Shown here in pieces: positions 19,349-30,224 of a DNA stretch of 64,000 bases. A program made the position numbers and the translations under genes. Below the pieces are notes generated by a model. That model was not told the origin of the DNA. It saw only the letters and a list, made by a program, of their open reading frames with translations, and did no database searches. The stretch's first letter is position 1; each line of letters starts with the position of its first letter. The stretch spans positions 337,717-401,716 of the forward strand of contig JBDWDN010000009.1 of the NCBI GenBank assembly GCA_039977295.1, written 5' to 3'. Source of the stretch: Hellea sp. GTDB lineage: Bacteria > Pseudomonadota > Alphaproteobacteria > Caulobacterales > Maricaulaceae.

Positions 19349-20146
19349 ATGAACATTAAAGCCATTATCAGCCTTTTATTACTAACGGTTTCCTGCTTGT
19401 TTGCACCTTTGGCTTATGCAGATGGAACTCTGTCTGAATTCATCCGCATCAAAAGTGATGCCTTGGGCTATGATTTACAATACCAGGTCTATGTGCCGAA
19501 CAACACAAACCCTGATGATCAGCTCCCCACACTCTATATCACAGATGGAGCCGCATATGCCAAAAAAGGGCGTATGATAAAGGCCCTGAATGACGGCATT
19601 ACCGAGGGTAAAATCAAGCCTGTTATTGCCATCTTCGTTGATGCCCGCAACCCTGACAATCTAAAGAACAACCGGCGCAATGAGCAGTTCTTTTGCGAAC
19701 AAAATTATGTTGATTTTTTCACAACGGAATTGATACCGGCGATTGATAAGGGCTATTCCACCAGCGCTTTGCGCGAACACAGGGTGATTTTAGGTGTCTC
19801 TTTTGGTGGTTTCAACGCGGGATGTTTCGGGCTGATGGCCACACCCTATTTTGGCGGCGTTGCCATGAATTCCCCGGCCCATACCCGATTTGTCAGGCAC
19901 CTTCAAAAACACTATAAACGTCTCGAGAAAAAGAACATCAAAATCTATATGTCCGTTGGCACAGATCTCGACAATAAAAGAGCGGTGCGGTCCTTTAGAA
20001 CGACGCTTAAGAATAAGGGCTATGATTTGACCTTTATGCAAACTGATAAAGGACATAATTGGAATAATTGGACGCCTTTATTGCCTAAAGTCCTAGAGAC
20101 CTTTTTTGCCTCAAACCAAGACGCGTCACCCTCCAAAGGTGAATAA
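19349..20146 (+). CDS. secreted esterase, alpha/beta-hydrolase fold (enterochelin-esterase/esterase-D-like)
   Basis: Signal peptide MNIKAIISLLLLTVSCLFAPLAYA and a GVSFGG nucleophile elbow. An ATG at 19349 follows a GAGGGACGG RBS. Confidence 0.65.
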   Translation: MNIKAIISLLLLTVSCLFAPLAYADGTLSEFIRIKSDALGYDLQYQVYVPNNTNPDDQLPTLYITDGAAYAKKGRMIKALNDGITEGKIKPVIAIFVDARNPDNLKNNRRNEQFFCEQNYVDFFTTELIPAIDKGYSTSALREHRVILGVSFGGFNAGCFGLMATPYFGGVAMNSPAHTRFVRHLQKHYKRLEKKNIKIYMSVGTDLDNKRAVRSFRTTLKNKGYDLTFMQTDKGHNWNNWTPLLPKVLETFFASNQDASPSKGE

Positions 20147-20195
20147 ATAAACGGATATCTCGTTCAATTTCTGAGGTCTCATAAACAGGCATGGC

Positions 20196-20801
20196 CTACA
20201 CTATACCTAAAGTGAGGGCCAATTTATCTGAAACGTCATATGGCTGTTCATCAGGGAGCATGTCTATGGCCGCATCAAGCTTGCCCGCTTGCACTAAACC
20301 GCAAAGCGAATGCGCTGTTTCAGTTATATCTGTGATATTTTGTATCCACGAAGAGATGTAGTGCTCAACAGCATCTCCAGACAGGCCTATTTGTATGGAT
20401 CTATGTTCGAGTTTATCCAGTGTAAGATTACGTTCTGGGTCCCATTGAATACGCACACATGACGACGCTTTCATATCCGCCCACTCGTCTTGAGGCATAC
20501 CGCTCGGGGGATGACTAAGGCAGCTATTGGCGAGGGCCCATTCAAAACCCTCCCTCGAAATATCTATGGCCAATATTCGCGCCTGGCCAGCATCCTTATG
20601 GCCCCATCCTGCGCGATACATCATCCATAGAAAAGACGGCTTAATCCATGTCATTCTGTCTTTCTTAAACGGCGGAGAGATAAACCGGCCTGATCGAATA
20701 GCCGATTCTGCTATGGCCTCATTATAGGCTTGATAGACGCGTATGTTTTTTTCATCAAAAACTGCGCGGATTTGTTTCATTGGAACAGTCACTGAGTTCA
20801 C
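20196..20801 (-). CDS. hypothetical protein (DUF4291-like)
   Basis: 201 aa, soluble. The TWIKPSFLWMMYR segment is reminiscent of DUF4291; low certainty. Confidence 0.3.
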   Translation of the reverse strand: MNSVTVPMKQIRAVFDEKNIRVYQAYNEAIAESAIRSGRFISPPFKKDRMTWIKPSFLWMMYRAGWGHKDAGQARILAIDISREGFEWALANSCLSHPPSGMPQDEWADMKASSCVRIQWDPERNLTLDKLEHRSIQIGLSGDAVEHYISSWIQNITDITETAHSLCGLVQAGKLDAAIDMLPDEQPYDVSDKLALTLGIV

Positions 20802-20821
20802 CCTTCAAACAACATTTGAGC

Positions 20822-22024
20822 CTATAGAGACCGCGCGATGAGAAGCTTCATGATCTCGGTCGTGCCTGCGTAAATCCGGGTGACGCGCGCGTCTCGGTAA
20901 GCCTGCGCGATGGGATATTCGTTCATATAGCCGTAACCACCAAAGAGCTGTAGACATTGATCGACGATTTTCCCGTGAAGCTCTGATATCCAATATTTAG
21001 CCATTGAAGCTGTGGTGCTATCGAGCTTGCATTCCATATGCTGAGCCACGCAATAATCGACAAAGACTTTTGCGATTTTGGCCTCGGTTTTCATTTCGGC
21101 CAATTTGAACTGGGTGTTCTGAAAATCAATGATGCGGTTGCCAAAGGCTTTGCGTTCTTTGACATAATCAATCGTGATTTTCAGCGCAAATTCTGTGGCA
21201 GCGCATTCCTGAACCGCGATATTAAGCCGTTCTTGGGGCAGACATTCCATCATCTGCCGAAAGCCTTGACCCTCTTCATTGCCTAGCAAATTATCGGCAG
21301 GGATTTGTACTTCATTGAAAAAGAGCTCAGACGTATCAGCGAGTTCCCGTCCGATTTTATTCAAGTTGCGGCCGCGTTCAAAGCCGTCGGCCTTATCAGT
21401 CTCTATCAAAACCATGGAAACCCCTTTGGCCCCCAGAGACGGATCGGTCTTTGTCGCAACTAAAATCAGATTGGCGTTCTGGCCATTGGTGATAAATGTC
21501 TTAGAGCCATTCACGACATAGCCATTGCCTTTTCTTAACGCCGTGGTTTTAATGCCTTGAACATCTGAGCCCGCGCCCGGTTCTGTCATGGCGATGGCGG
21601 TAATAAACTCGCCCGAAGCCATTTTAGGCAGCCAGCGCTGCTTTTGTTCTTCTGTGCCATATTCCGTAATATAGGGCGCGACGATGGCGTTATGCAGCGC
21701 GATATCCCAGCCCTCTATGCCGCGGCGGCCAATCTCTTCTTGCAAGATCGTCTCGTGGCGGTAATCCCCGCCCATCCCGCCATATTCTTCCGGAATGGAA
21801 AGACCCATCAAGCCTGCCTCGGCAGAGGTCTCCCAGAAACTACGCGGCACACATTTACCTTCACGCCATTTTTCGACCACTTCAGGCGGCGCTTCGGCAT
21901 CTAGGAACTTACCAACAGTATCGGTGAAAATCGCAAATTCTTCATCTTCCCGCCAAGCAGGGACGGCCACGTTTAGGAGAGAGTCCATCATTTGTTTGCC
22001 TTTTGGTAAATGCTTCAGTTCCAT
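20822..22024 (-). CDS. acyl-CoA dehydrogenase (isovaleryl/short-branched-chain-like)
   Basis: 400 aa. ACAD N-, middle and C-domains are present, including the catalytic region ...YAGTTEIMKLLIARSL at the C-terminus. Confidence 0.85.
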   Translation of the reverse strand: MELKHLPKGKQMMDSLLNVAVPAWREDEEFAIFTDTVGKFLDAEAPPEVVEKWREGKCVPRSFWETSAEAGLMGLSIPEEYGGMGGDYRHETILQEEIGRRGIEGWDIALHNAIVAPYITEYGTEEQKQRWLPKMASGEFITAIAMTEPGAGSDVQGIKTTALRKGNGYVVNGSKTFITNGQNANLILVATKTDPSLGAKGVSMVLIETDKADGFERGRNLNKIGRELADTSELFFNEVQIPADNLLGNEEGQGFRQMMECLPQERLNIAVQECAATEFALKITIDYVKERKAFGNRIIDFQNTQFKLAEMKTEAKIAKVFVDYCVAQHMECKLDSTTASMAKYWISELHGKIVDQCLQLFGGYGYMNEYPIAQAYRDARVTRIYAGTTEIMKLLIARSL

Positions 22025-22165
22025 CTAATGCGTTAGTATTAGATTGTCATAGCTTTAGAACACGCACTCTTAAACCCAGCAAACCAAAATTTTTATGAGG
22101 GCAGTTAAAATATGTGACTATGTGGTTCAGTCAATTATTTGACTCAAAAAGTCCCTGACTTGTTT

Positions 22166-22822
22166 TCAACGGTTTTCCAAGTCATCCAATGACTGCATAA
22201 GCCAAGCTGAGTACCAGTCAGTGAAACTAGAATACACGCCATCTGAAGTCATAACCGGAGCGATGCCATTATATTCGCTTCGATGGTCATCCCATATAGT
22301 TCCGCTCATGGGCCCCGTCACAACAAGCCATGTTCTAACAGCGCAGCCGTGATGACAGATTGGAATTGCGCCTTCCATGATGTCACCCGTCCAGTAGGTG
22401 AGGTTAATTTCATCTTGCCAGCTTTCCCAGAACGCCTCTTCTTGTTCTTCGGACTTACAGATTTCAGGATCAGGCTTCTTATTTAAAAATGAGCTGGGTA
22501 AGTTCCAAGCTTGTTTGTGTTTGAAAGACTTTGAGGGATCACCAAGAATGTAATCTTCATCCCAGGCGCACATTCCGTGATTTAAATCGTGCTGCCCAAG
22601 GGGAAACAATCCATAAGAAGGCCCGGCGCCGCCATTGCCAACACTCATGATGAAGTCTTTATAGTCATCTGGAAAGGCGCAGCCATATTTGCGCTCGAAA
22701 CCGTCAACAACATCCTTGGAGATGACAGGCCTAAGCTGATATCTATGCTGGCTAGCGCCAAAAATGGAGAAATTTGGGTCTCGCTTTTTGAGCGCTTGCA
22801 GCTTTACTTGTAACTCCATCAT
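22166..22822 (-). CDS. SMI1/KNR4 (SUKH-1) family protein
   Basis: SUKH-like motifs (PDDYKDFIMSVGNGG...GLFPLG). An ATG at 22822 has an AAGGAG RBS. Confidence 0.55.
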   Translation of the reverse strand: MMELQVKLQALKKRDPNFSIFGASQHRYQLRPVISKDVVDGFERKYGCAFPDDYKDFIMSVGNGGAGPSYGLFPLGQHDLNHGMCAWDEDYILGDPSKSFKHKQAWNLPSSFLNKKPDPEICKSEEQEEAFWESWQDEINLTYWTGDIMEGAIPICHHGCAVRTWLVVTGPMSGTIWDDHRSEYNGIAPVMTSDGVYSSFTDWYSAWLMQSLDDLENR

Positions 22823-23014
22823 GGGGCGCTCCTTTCTACTCGCGAGTATACGCACGCCTTCTTTGTTTCACAACTGCGGAACATTTCAAAGATGGATACC
22901 CTGCGGCTCTCAGGCCCCATTTAAAATCATCTCCTATTGTAAATAGCGCCGCAATATATAACGAGGGTCGGTGCTTTAATGGCGCTATAAGCAAACAACA
23001 TTGGACCTGTGATA

Positions 23015-24385
23015 ATGAACCTCGTAAGTGACAACATATTAATTGATGATGGCAAGCAAATGCCGAGCTTTGATATGGCCTATCCCATGCTGAAGGGATT
23101 TGCGCTTGGAAACCCAAATGCCTGGACCAAGGGACAGCCGCATGATTATTATAAGCGCATGCGCGAGGACGCGCCCGTCATGTGGTCATCTATGCGCAAG
23201 GGCATATCTGGTTTTTGGTCTGTGTCGCGTTATGACGATATTAAAGCCGTTGAACTCGCGCCCAAAACATTTTCATCTGAACGCGGAAGCATGTTGCTCG
23301 CGGTCTCGCCTCGCAGTAAATGGCCCGGCGATAAATTGGTCCCCGCCTCTTTTAACTGCCTGATAAATCTCGATGCGCCCAGACATATGGAACTTCGCAT
23401 TCAGCAAAAAGACTTCTTCATTCCCGCCTATGTTGCCAAAGTGCAAGAAAGGGTCGCTGCAAAAATTGACGCGCTTTTAGATAATGCCGAACGCCTTGGC
23501 CCTGAGGTGGATTTTGTAAAAGTCTTTTCCCAAGAAGTGCCAATGTATACATTATGCGAAATGCTTGGCGTGGATGAAGCCGACCGCCCAAAAATCCTCT
23601 ATTGGATGCACCACCTTGAACTCGCCGAAAAATTTATTGCCAATCCCCTGCGGATGCTGTTGAAAAACCCGTTCTTTCCAAAGCGCTTCGCCAAAGCGAT
23701 TAAAGACATGTTCGAATATGGCGAAGCCGTCATGGCCGATCGCCGCGCCAACCCCCGCGAAGATTTACTTACCGTTATTGCGCAGTCGCAATTAGGCGGA
23801 GAAGACCTGCCCCAAGAATATCTGGACGGCTCGTGGCTTCTGATTATCTTTGCCGGCAATGACACCTCTCGAAATTCTCTCTCGGGAACTATTCGCCTGC
23901 TCACACAATTCGAAGATCAAAGGCAAATGGTGATAAGCAACCCTGCCCTCATACCCAAGATGTCTCAAGAAGCCCTGCGCCTTGTCAGCCCCGTTCAATA
24001 TATGCGCCGCACGGCCATGGAGGACACAGAAATTAGCGGCCAGAAAATAGCCAAGGACGAAAAAGTTGTCATGTGGTACGGCGCGGCCAATCGGGATCCC
24101 AGCATTTTCCCAAACCCGGATAAGTTCGACATGATGCGGCCCAATGTGGATAAACATCTCGCCTTTGGTCATGGCGTGCATAAATGCCTCGGGAGCCGAA
24201 TTGCGCAAATGCAGCTCAAACTATCCTATGAGAAAATACTAGAGCGTTTTCCCAATATACATTGGACAGGCAAACAGACCATAGCCCCAACCATCCTCGT
24301 CCACGCCGTTTCTAGCCTTAAAGTGAATCTTTACGGCCCGAATGGAAAACGCCCGACGCAGGTTCAGGTGGGTAGCCAAGATTAA
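23015..24385 (+). CDS. cytochrome P450
   Basis: Heme-binding loop FGHGVHKCLG. The I-helix and ExxR are present. Confidence 0.85.
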   Translation: MNLVSDNILIDDGKQMPSFDMAYPMLKGFALGNPNAWTKGQPHDYYKRMREDAPVMWSSMRKGISGFWSVSRYDDIKAVELAPKTFSSERGSMLLAVSPRSKWPGDKLVPASFNCLINLDAPRHMELRIQQKDFFIPAYVAKVQERVAAKIDALLDNAERLGPEVDFVKVFSQEVPMYTLCEMLGVDEADRPKILYWMHHLELAEKFIANPLRMLLKNPFFPKRFAKAIKDMFEYGEAVMADRRANPREDLLTVIAQSQLGGEDLPQEYLDGSWLLIIFAGNDTSRNSLSGTIRLLTQFEDQRQMVISNPALIPKMSQEALRLVSPVQYMRRTAMEDTEISGQKIAKDEKVVMWYGAANRDPSIFPNPDKFDMMRPNVDKHLAFGHGVHKCLGSRIAQMQLKLSYEKILERFPNIHWTGKQTIAPTILVHAVSSLKVNLYGPNGKRPTQVQVGSQD

Positions 24386-24427
24386 TCTTTTAACGAAATC
24401 GTCGTTATTCTAAGTTACGGCTTTTTC

Positions 24428-25114
24428 ATGAATCAGCCTTACGATAAATACATTCCGATTATCTTTGATAATAATGGCGATCTCGGTTCAGGTCAATATT
24501 TCGAAGATGATATCGATTCACTCCGAGATAAAGTAGAGATTGAGTTAGAAGAAGAACCAACTTTACTTATAGATATCTTGCATAGTGCGTTCACTAATTT
24601 TGAGACCCATCTTTCAAGTTACACAGTGTATCAGCTTTCAAATGCCATTGATTATATTTTCAACCCAGGCTTAAGCAATTATGGCTTTGTATTTAAAGAT
24701 GACACTGTTGATAGACGAAAACGCATTGAAGCACTGGATTCGCTATCTGATCTAATGCTCTTCATTTACGAAGACACCGCAGAACCGATATTAGGACACC
24801 TAAGTCAATCAGTCCAAGACAAACGTAAGGATATTCTCAACGGCGTTTGCTATATGTTTTGGGATACCGCTACTATCCCGTATAATTGCGACGAAGACAT
24901 TAGAAATGCGTGTCTTGCAGTCATGGGAAGATGCGCTCGATCTAACAATATTGCTGTCGTCGAAGGCGCACTACATGGCCTCGGCCATGCCCAACGTTAC
25001 AGCGATAAGAAATTAATAGAGAAATACATAGATGAGGCGAACCTTGGGACTAGCGAAAATTCAGAAGCTTTGCGCCGATATGCACAGGCAGCAAAGCGTG
25101 GGAGGGTACTGTAA
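24428..25114 (+). CDS. hypothetical protein, low-GC orphan
   Basis: 228 aa, acidic N-terminus, no known motif. GC is about 38% against ~52% in the flanking P450 genes. Confidence 0.4.
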   Translation: MNQPYDKYIPIIFDNNGDLGSGQYFEDDIDSLRDKVEIELEEEPTLLIDILHSAFTNFETHLSSYTVYQLSNAIDYIFNPGLSNYGFVFKDDTVDRRKRIEALDSLSDLMLFIYEDTAEPILGHLSQSVQDKRKDILNGVCYMFWDTATIPYNCDEDIRNACLAVMGRCARSNNIAVVEGALHGLGHAQRYSDKKLIEKYIDEANLGTSENSEALRRYAQAAKRGRVL

Positions 25115-25303
25115 AACTCCATTTAACTTCCCTACTTTATAGAATAACGGACTTCTCCGTCGTCTGCCATAACATAACTTTAAGCGATCAAACTGCTTTG
25201 CGTTGGGCTAGCGCAGTCTCAAACGGATATAAACTGGCCTAGCTTGACAATAATTTACACGCCACCCATAAATAATTTCATCAGAAATTTTGCGCGGTAA
25301 TTT

Positions 25304-26569
25304 ATGTCCTTGTCTGAAACCTCCCCAAACTCAGCCGCGGCTACGCCCTTTCAAACCTATTACACACCCCAATCCGCAGAATACCTCCACGATTTTAGGA
25401 CCGTGGTTGACAGGCTTTTCACCAAGACGGAGGAGCGTATGGGGTGGTATGAGCCTTGGCAGGCTTGGATTGTAACATCTCATGACCTTTGCAAAACCAT
25501 TTTGGCCGATGAGCGCCTGACCCCAGATTTCATGAAATGGAAATTTGCCCCGCCAGAGCAAGCCGAAGCCGACAAAAATGATTTTGAGCGCATGCTCGAC
25601 CATGCTCTATTCCGCCTTGACAAGCTTAGCCATCGCCGCGTTCGGCGCTTGGCCTCTATGGCCTTTTCCGCCCGCATGAGCGCGTCTATGGAACGTAAGA
25701 TTAAGGACGTCGTAACCAAGGCTTTTGACCGGCTAAAGACCGAAGCTTACTTCAACGTTGCGGACACGCTTTCCATCGATATCCCGCGCGGGGCGATGTC
25801 CAGGTTGGTAGGCATTCCGCCGGAGAAGGACGAAGTATTCCACAAGCTCGGCTGGGCAATGGTGCGGTATAACGGCATTGCAACAACAGGCGAAGACCGC
25901 TCAGAAATTCTACGCATCGCGCTCGAAGGCGTTGCCATGCTTCAAGGCGTCATCCAAGACCGCCGAAATCTATCTGATCCTGGCGATGATTTCATTGGCA
26001 TGCTGCTGAAAGCTCAAGAAGGTGATGACCGCTTAAATGACTGGGAAATCCTAGGAATTGTAGCGGCGATGATTGCCGCAGGTAGCGATACGGCGGGCGA
26101 TATGCACCCCACCCTGCTCTATGCCCTCCTATCCAATCCCACTCAATTTGATAGGCTTAAAGCCAATCCTGATCTCGCTAATAATGCGATAACAGAGATT
26201 TTGCGTTATGAGGCCTTTGGCAAAACGGGCCTCCACCGCTTCGCGTTGGAAGAGGTGGAATTTGACGGCATTGCCGTCAAACGCGGCGAACAGATCATCA
26301 TCGCGGCGCAGGCCGGCGGTCTTGATCCCGCGCAATGGGAGCGCCCGCTGGAACTCGACATAGAGCGCAACCTCAATGGAAACATTGTCTTTGGCGTCGG
26401 CGCTCATGTCTGCGCTGGATTGTTCCTCGCCAGAATTCAGGCGCGGCTGATGCTTGAAGAATTTGCGCTGCGTTTCCCAAAGGCAGAACTCGCCGAGCCG
26501 CCCACCCGTGACCCGACGCATTACAATGCCCGCCACATTACCAAATTATTGATTAAGACGAATGTGTAG
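25304..26569 (+). CDS. cytochrome P450
   Basis: Heme-binding loop FGVGAHVCAG and EILRYE (ExxR). Confidence 0.85.
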   Translation: MSLSETSPNSAAATPFQTYYTPQSAEYLHDFRTVVDRLFTKTEERMGWYEPWQAWIVTSHDLCKTILADERLTPDFMKWKFAPPEQAEADKNDFERMLDHALFRLDKLSHRRVRRLASMAFSARMSASMERKIKDVVTKAFDRLKTEAYFNVADTLSIDIPRGAMSRLVGIPPEKDEVFHKLGWAMVRYNGIATTGEDRSEILRIALEGVAMLQGVIQDRRNLSDPGDDFIGMLLKAQEGDDRLNDWEILGIVAAMIAAGSDTAGDMHPTLLYALLSNPTQFDRLKANPDLANNAITEILRYEAFGKTGLHRFALEEVEFDGIAVKRGEQIIIAAQAGGLDPAQWERPLELDIERNLNGNIVFGVGAHVCAGLFLARIQARLMLEEFALRFPKAELAEPPTRDPTHYNARHITKLLIKTNV

Positions 26570-26702
26570 GATCTGGAACCTTTAGAGATTGGACCTTAGA
26601 AACCTCTTTTGCACAAGTGCTTTATCTTGGCGAAATGTTTGGGCTTGCAACTTTTTTTAAAGTACCTATCCCAAATAACTGATACCGAAAGTAAGGTTTA
26701 TT

Positions 26703-29700
26703 ATGTATTTTGGAATTAAAGCTATGAAGCACATGTCGCTTTTATCGATTTTACTTTGCACGACATTATTAGCTTGTAGCCCCAGCGGGGAGGTTGAGTC
26801 TGATAAGACGCCGTCCGAAATCGCTACAAGCGCGCCCTCAAAAGCTGAAACATCCAAAGCCAGAACGGAAATATCAAGTCTTGTTCAAAAAGCGGACATT
26901 CCAAACTGGGTCGAATTACAGGCGCTTCCAGAATTTCCCGAAGAAAGTTTGGACCTTATCAAGAACGGTGTTGCTTATATAACCAAAGAGGACAGATATC
27001 ATGTCACCGACACAGGATATAAATATTTCTACAGGTTAGCTTACAAAGTCACAGACCGTAAAGGACTCGAGTCAGCTGCACAGATCCAGAGAACATTTGA
27101 TCCTGAACTGGGAAGCCTGACCTATAATTTCGTCAAAGTGATAAGAGATGGGAAAACCACAGATAGGCTTCCAGATCTTAGTATCCAGGAATTACAGCGC
27201 GAGGACGGATTATCTGACGGTTTAGTCGATGGTGATATTACATCCCTCATACACCTGGAAGACATTCGCGTCGGCGACATTATTGAATATGGATATTCCA
27301 GCGAATACCTCTCACCCCTATGGCCAGGGCATTTTTTCAATAATGTTTCAATCAGTTATGGCGTACCACTCGCATCCCAGATTTATGAAATATCAGTGCC
27401 TGAAGACACAACTCTGAATCTGGATGTGATTAATTCTAAGGTTCGGCCTAAGATCTCTAGAGCAAACCAACGTACAACATATAAATACGAAATAAAAAAT
27501 GCAGCCGTCGATAAAAAAGTTAGCAATGTTCCGGTAGGCGTCATTACCGATCCTTATTTGCTAATGAGTACGATGCAATCCTGGCAGGAGGTCAGTGAGT
27601 GGGGCGTTGGTGTTTATGACGTCGATTTGACGTTACCCAAGGACTATAACTCGACAATTAGATCGCTCAAAATGTCGGCTAAAACCGCGGAGGGCCGTAT
27701 GGTTGCCGCGTTAAAACAGGTTCAAAATGACATCCGGTATTTGGGCATTGAGAGCGGTATTAATTCTCACAAACCCCGCATTCCTAATGTTACACTTTCA
27801 AAAGGATATGGTGATTGCAAAGATAAGGCTGTCCTTCTAATTGCGACCCTGCGCAAACTTGGCATTTCGGCCCACCCGGCATTAGTTTCTATAGACTCCG
27901 GCAAAATCTTACCACAGCTATTACCCTCTATTAATAATTTCGATCATGTCATCGTCATGGCTGAAATTGATGGAAAATCATATTGGTTAGATCCAACTTT
28001 GACCTATCAAGCGGGCTCGGAAGATACGCTTACGGTCCCTGATTATGGCTATGTCTTACCCCTTAAGACGGGTCAGTCAAACATTGTCGAGATTGTAATT
28101 ACTCCGCCATCGAACCCAACAACCCATGTTACAGAAACATATAGATTGGAAGAAGATGGTTCCATGAGCCTTAAAGCAGATACGGTTTATCGCGGCGCTA
28201 GTGCAGATTCGATGCGCCGAAGCATTATCAAAAGCGGACTTGAAGCCACCTCTAATACCTACCTCAATTATTACGCAGATTTCTATCCTGGTTTATCATT
28301 GCAAGACAAAATGATTACATCTGACGACCAAGAGTTGAACTTATTTTCAATCCATGAATCCTATTATCTCTCAGCTGATGATTTTGAAACAAACGAAATA
28401 AATGATAAGCTTTATATAAAAGCTGCAACTTTGGAAAATCAAATTCCAGCCAGTATTGAAGCAGATAGAGAGGTCAAACTCGGTCTCAACAAGAATACCT
28501 TTTTGCAACACACAATGATAATTGAAACGCCTGGAAAACAGTTCATGGCACCTGATAGTTTAACCGTAGAAACGGCAGGCATCACATTTTCAAGAGAATA
28601 TAGCTCTAAAAATGAGGCTTTGACGATCGATTACATTTTGAAAATTGACGAATCCTCCGTGCCTTTAACGAGCGCGAGAGACGTCACGGAATTGGCGGAT
28701 AAAGTTGCAGAAGAAATCCAACGAAATGTTTATCCTAAGGCCGCAACTCAGAAGCTCTCTAAACGGATTGGGTTGAACGGTGAGGTTCCCGAAAATATTG
28801 ATGCTGAACTGACCGTTATAAATGGGCTCTTAATGAAGAAGGAGAATGTGGAGGTTTTAGAACGTCTGAATAAGCTTGAAGCTGACTATACAAAAAACGA
28901 CCCTTTGCGCGGATATATTCAATATTTACGCGGAGCCGTTTTGATTGACCTTAAAAGAAAGAAAGCTGCCATTACAGCTTTTGACGAGGCTTTCTCGCTA
29001 TTTGACCCTGATAAGTCGGATATTTATTTTAGCTATGTGAGCTTGCTTTATGAGGATGAGCAAAATCTAAAGGCCGTGGACATCATCGAGCGTTTATTTT
29101 CGGTTCACCCCGAAGCTATCAAAAAAGTGAATTATAAATGGCTTTGGAATCTATATGGCGAAGTGTTTAGAGCCGAAGAGGTAGCGGCTTATGAAGACGT
29201 TATGATTGCCACGGCGAAGGCGCAACTAGAATATGTTGATGACATCGATGAAACAGATCGGGCATTCGAAATTGTAATCCCTATACTGGTTCGCAAAGGC
29301 GAAATTGAAACCGCAAAACCCTTTTTGCAATATTTGAAAAATCCTTCAAACATTCGGGACATTCTTATTGATAAAGAACTGGAAAAAATTTGGCCGCATG
29401 TCTCCAAAATTGCCGGATCAGATTTGTCACTCGCAATTGAGAACTACATTCAGCACACAGCAGAGCCTGCTCTGAAAGATGATGCGGACTTTAAAACAAA
29501 GTCCCAATACCTCTATGCCCTCTATCAAGGCGGACGCTTGGAAGAAGCGAAGGCATTTGGCGAGAAAGCTCTGGAAAACTGGTCCCGTATTGATGCTGTG
29601 GGAATGGACGCATATTGGCATGTAGCTGGCTATGCCTCCATATTCTCTGGTTTAGGGCAATCTGAGAAAGCCGACGAAATTCTCGAGGCCCTCTTGAAAG

Positions 29701-30224
29701 ACCGTCTCAAAGACAATCCAGAACTGATCGGTATCGCCATTAACCGTGTAGATTTGCTTGTGTGGAACGGACATTTTCAAAAGGCGATAAAGCTTGTCGA
29801 GAGTTACGAAGCGGATGAAGATTTTCAAACAAATGACTATGGATGGGTCTCCCTGCACCAGTCACGTGCTTGCGCGATGTTTGAAGAAGGTGAGAAGAAG
29901 AAGGCGCTAGAGTATTACGCTGAGAAAACTAAAGATATTTCCAGTGAAAACCTCCCTGCTCATTTTCTAGCAATGGTATGTATGGATGAGTTTGACGAAG
30001 CTGCTACAGTTCTTAAAGAACGGCTTGAATCTGAACTGCACAGAGAAACTACGCTGCCGGTATTTTCAACGATGAATGACCGGAAAAACCCAAATCCATA
30101 TCAAGTTAAATTTATGAAAAAGATAAAAGCCGTTGCCGCTCGCCCAGATGTTATGGAGGTCTTTGAGAAATACGGCCGCTCTATTTATATTAATGGCCCA
30201 AGCGAATATTGGGAGGAGTATTAA
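26703..30224 (+). CDS. large lipoprotein: DUF3857-like N-region + transglutaminase-like cysteine-protease core + long TPR-like C-terminal region
   Basis: 1173 aa with lipobox LLACS. Transglutaminase core GYGDCKDKAVLLIATLRKLG (Cys nucleophile). The C-terminal ~450 aa are helical-repeat rich. Confidence 0.55.
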   Translation: MYFGIKAMKHMSLLSILLCTTLLACSPSGEVESDKTPSEIATSAPSKAETSKARTEISSLVQKADIPNWVELQALPEFPEESLDLIKNGVAYITKEDRYHVTDTGYKYFYRLAYKVTDRKGLESAAQIQRTFDPELGSLTYNFVKVIRDGKTTDRLPDLSIQELQREDGLSDGLVDGDITSLIHLEDIRVGDIIEYGYSSEYLSPLWPGHFFNNVSISYGVPLASQIYEISVPEDTTLNLDVINSKVRPKISRANQRTTYKYEIKNAAVDKKVSNVPVGVITDPYLLMSTMQSWQEVSEWGVGVYDVDLTLPKDYNSTIRSLKMSAKTAEGRMVAALKQVQNDIRYLGIESGINSHKPRIPNVTLSKGYGDCKDKAVLLIATLRKLGISAHPALVSIDSGKILPQLLPSINNFDHVIVMAEIDGKSYWLDPTLTYQAGSEDTLTVPDYGYVLPLKTGQSNIVEIVITPPSNPTTHVTETYRLEEDGSMSLKADTVYRGASADSMRRSIIKSGLEATSNTYLNYYADFYPGLSLQDKMITSDDQELNLFSIHESYYLSADDFETNEINDKLYIKAATLENQIPASIEADREVKLGLNKNTFLQHTMIIETPGKQFMAPDSLTVETAGITFSREYSSKNEALTIDYILKIDESSVPLTSARDVTELADKVAEEIQRNVYPKAATQKLSKRIGLNGEVPENIDAELTVINGLLMKKENVEVLERLNKLEADYTKNDPLRGYIQYLRGAVLIDLKRKKAAITAFDEAFSLFDPDKSDIYFSYVSLLYEDEQNLKAVDIIERLFSVHPEAIKKVNYKWLWNLYGEVFRAEEVAAYEDVMIATAKAQLEYVDDIDETDRAFEIVIPILVRKGEIETAKPFLQYLKNPSNIRDILIDKELEKIWPHVSKIAGSDLSLAIENYIQHTAEPALKDDADFKTKSQYLYALYQGGRLEEAKAFGEKALENWSRIDAVGMDAYWHVAGYASIFSGLGQSEKADEILEALLKDRLKDNPELIGIAINRVDLLVWNGHFQKAIKLVESYEADEDFQTNDYGWVSLHQSRACAMFEEGEKKKALEYYAEKTKDISSENLPAHFLAMVCMDEFDEAATVLKERLESELHRETTLPVFSTMNDRKNPNPYQVKFMKKIKAVAARPDVMEVFEKYGRSIYINGPSEYWEEY

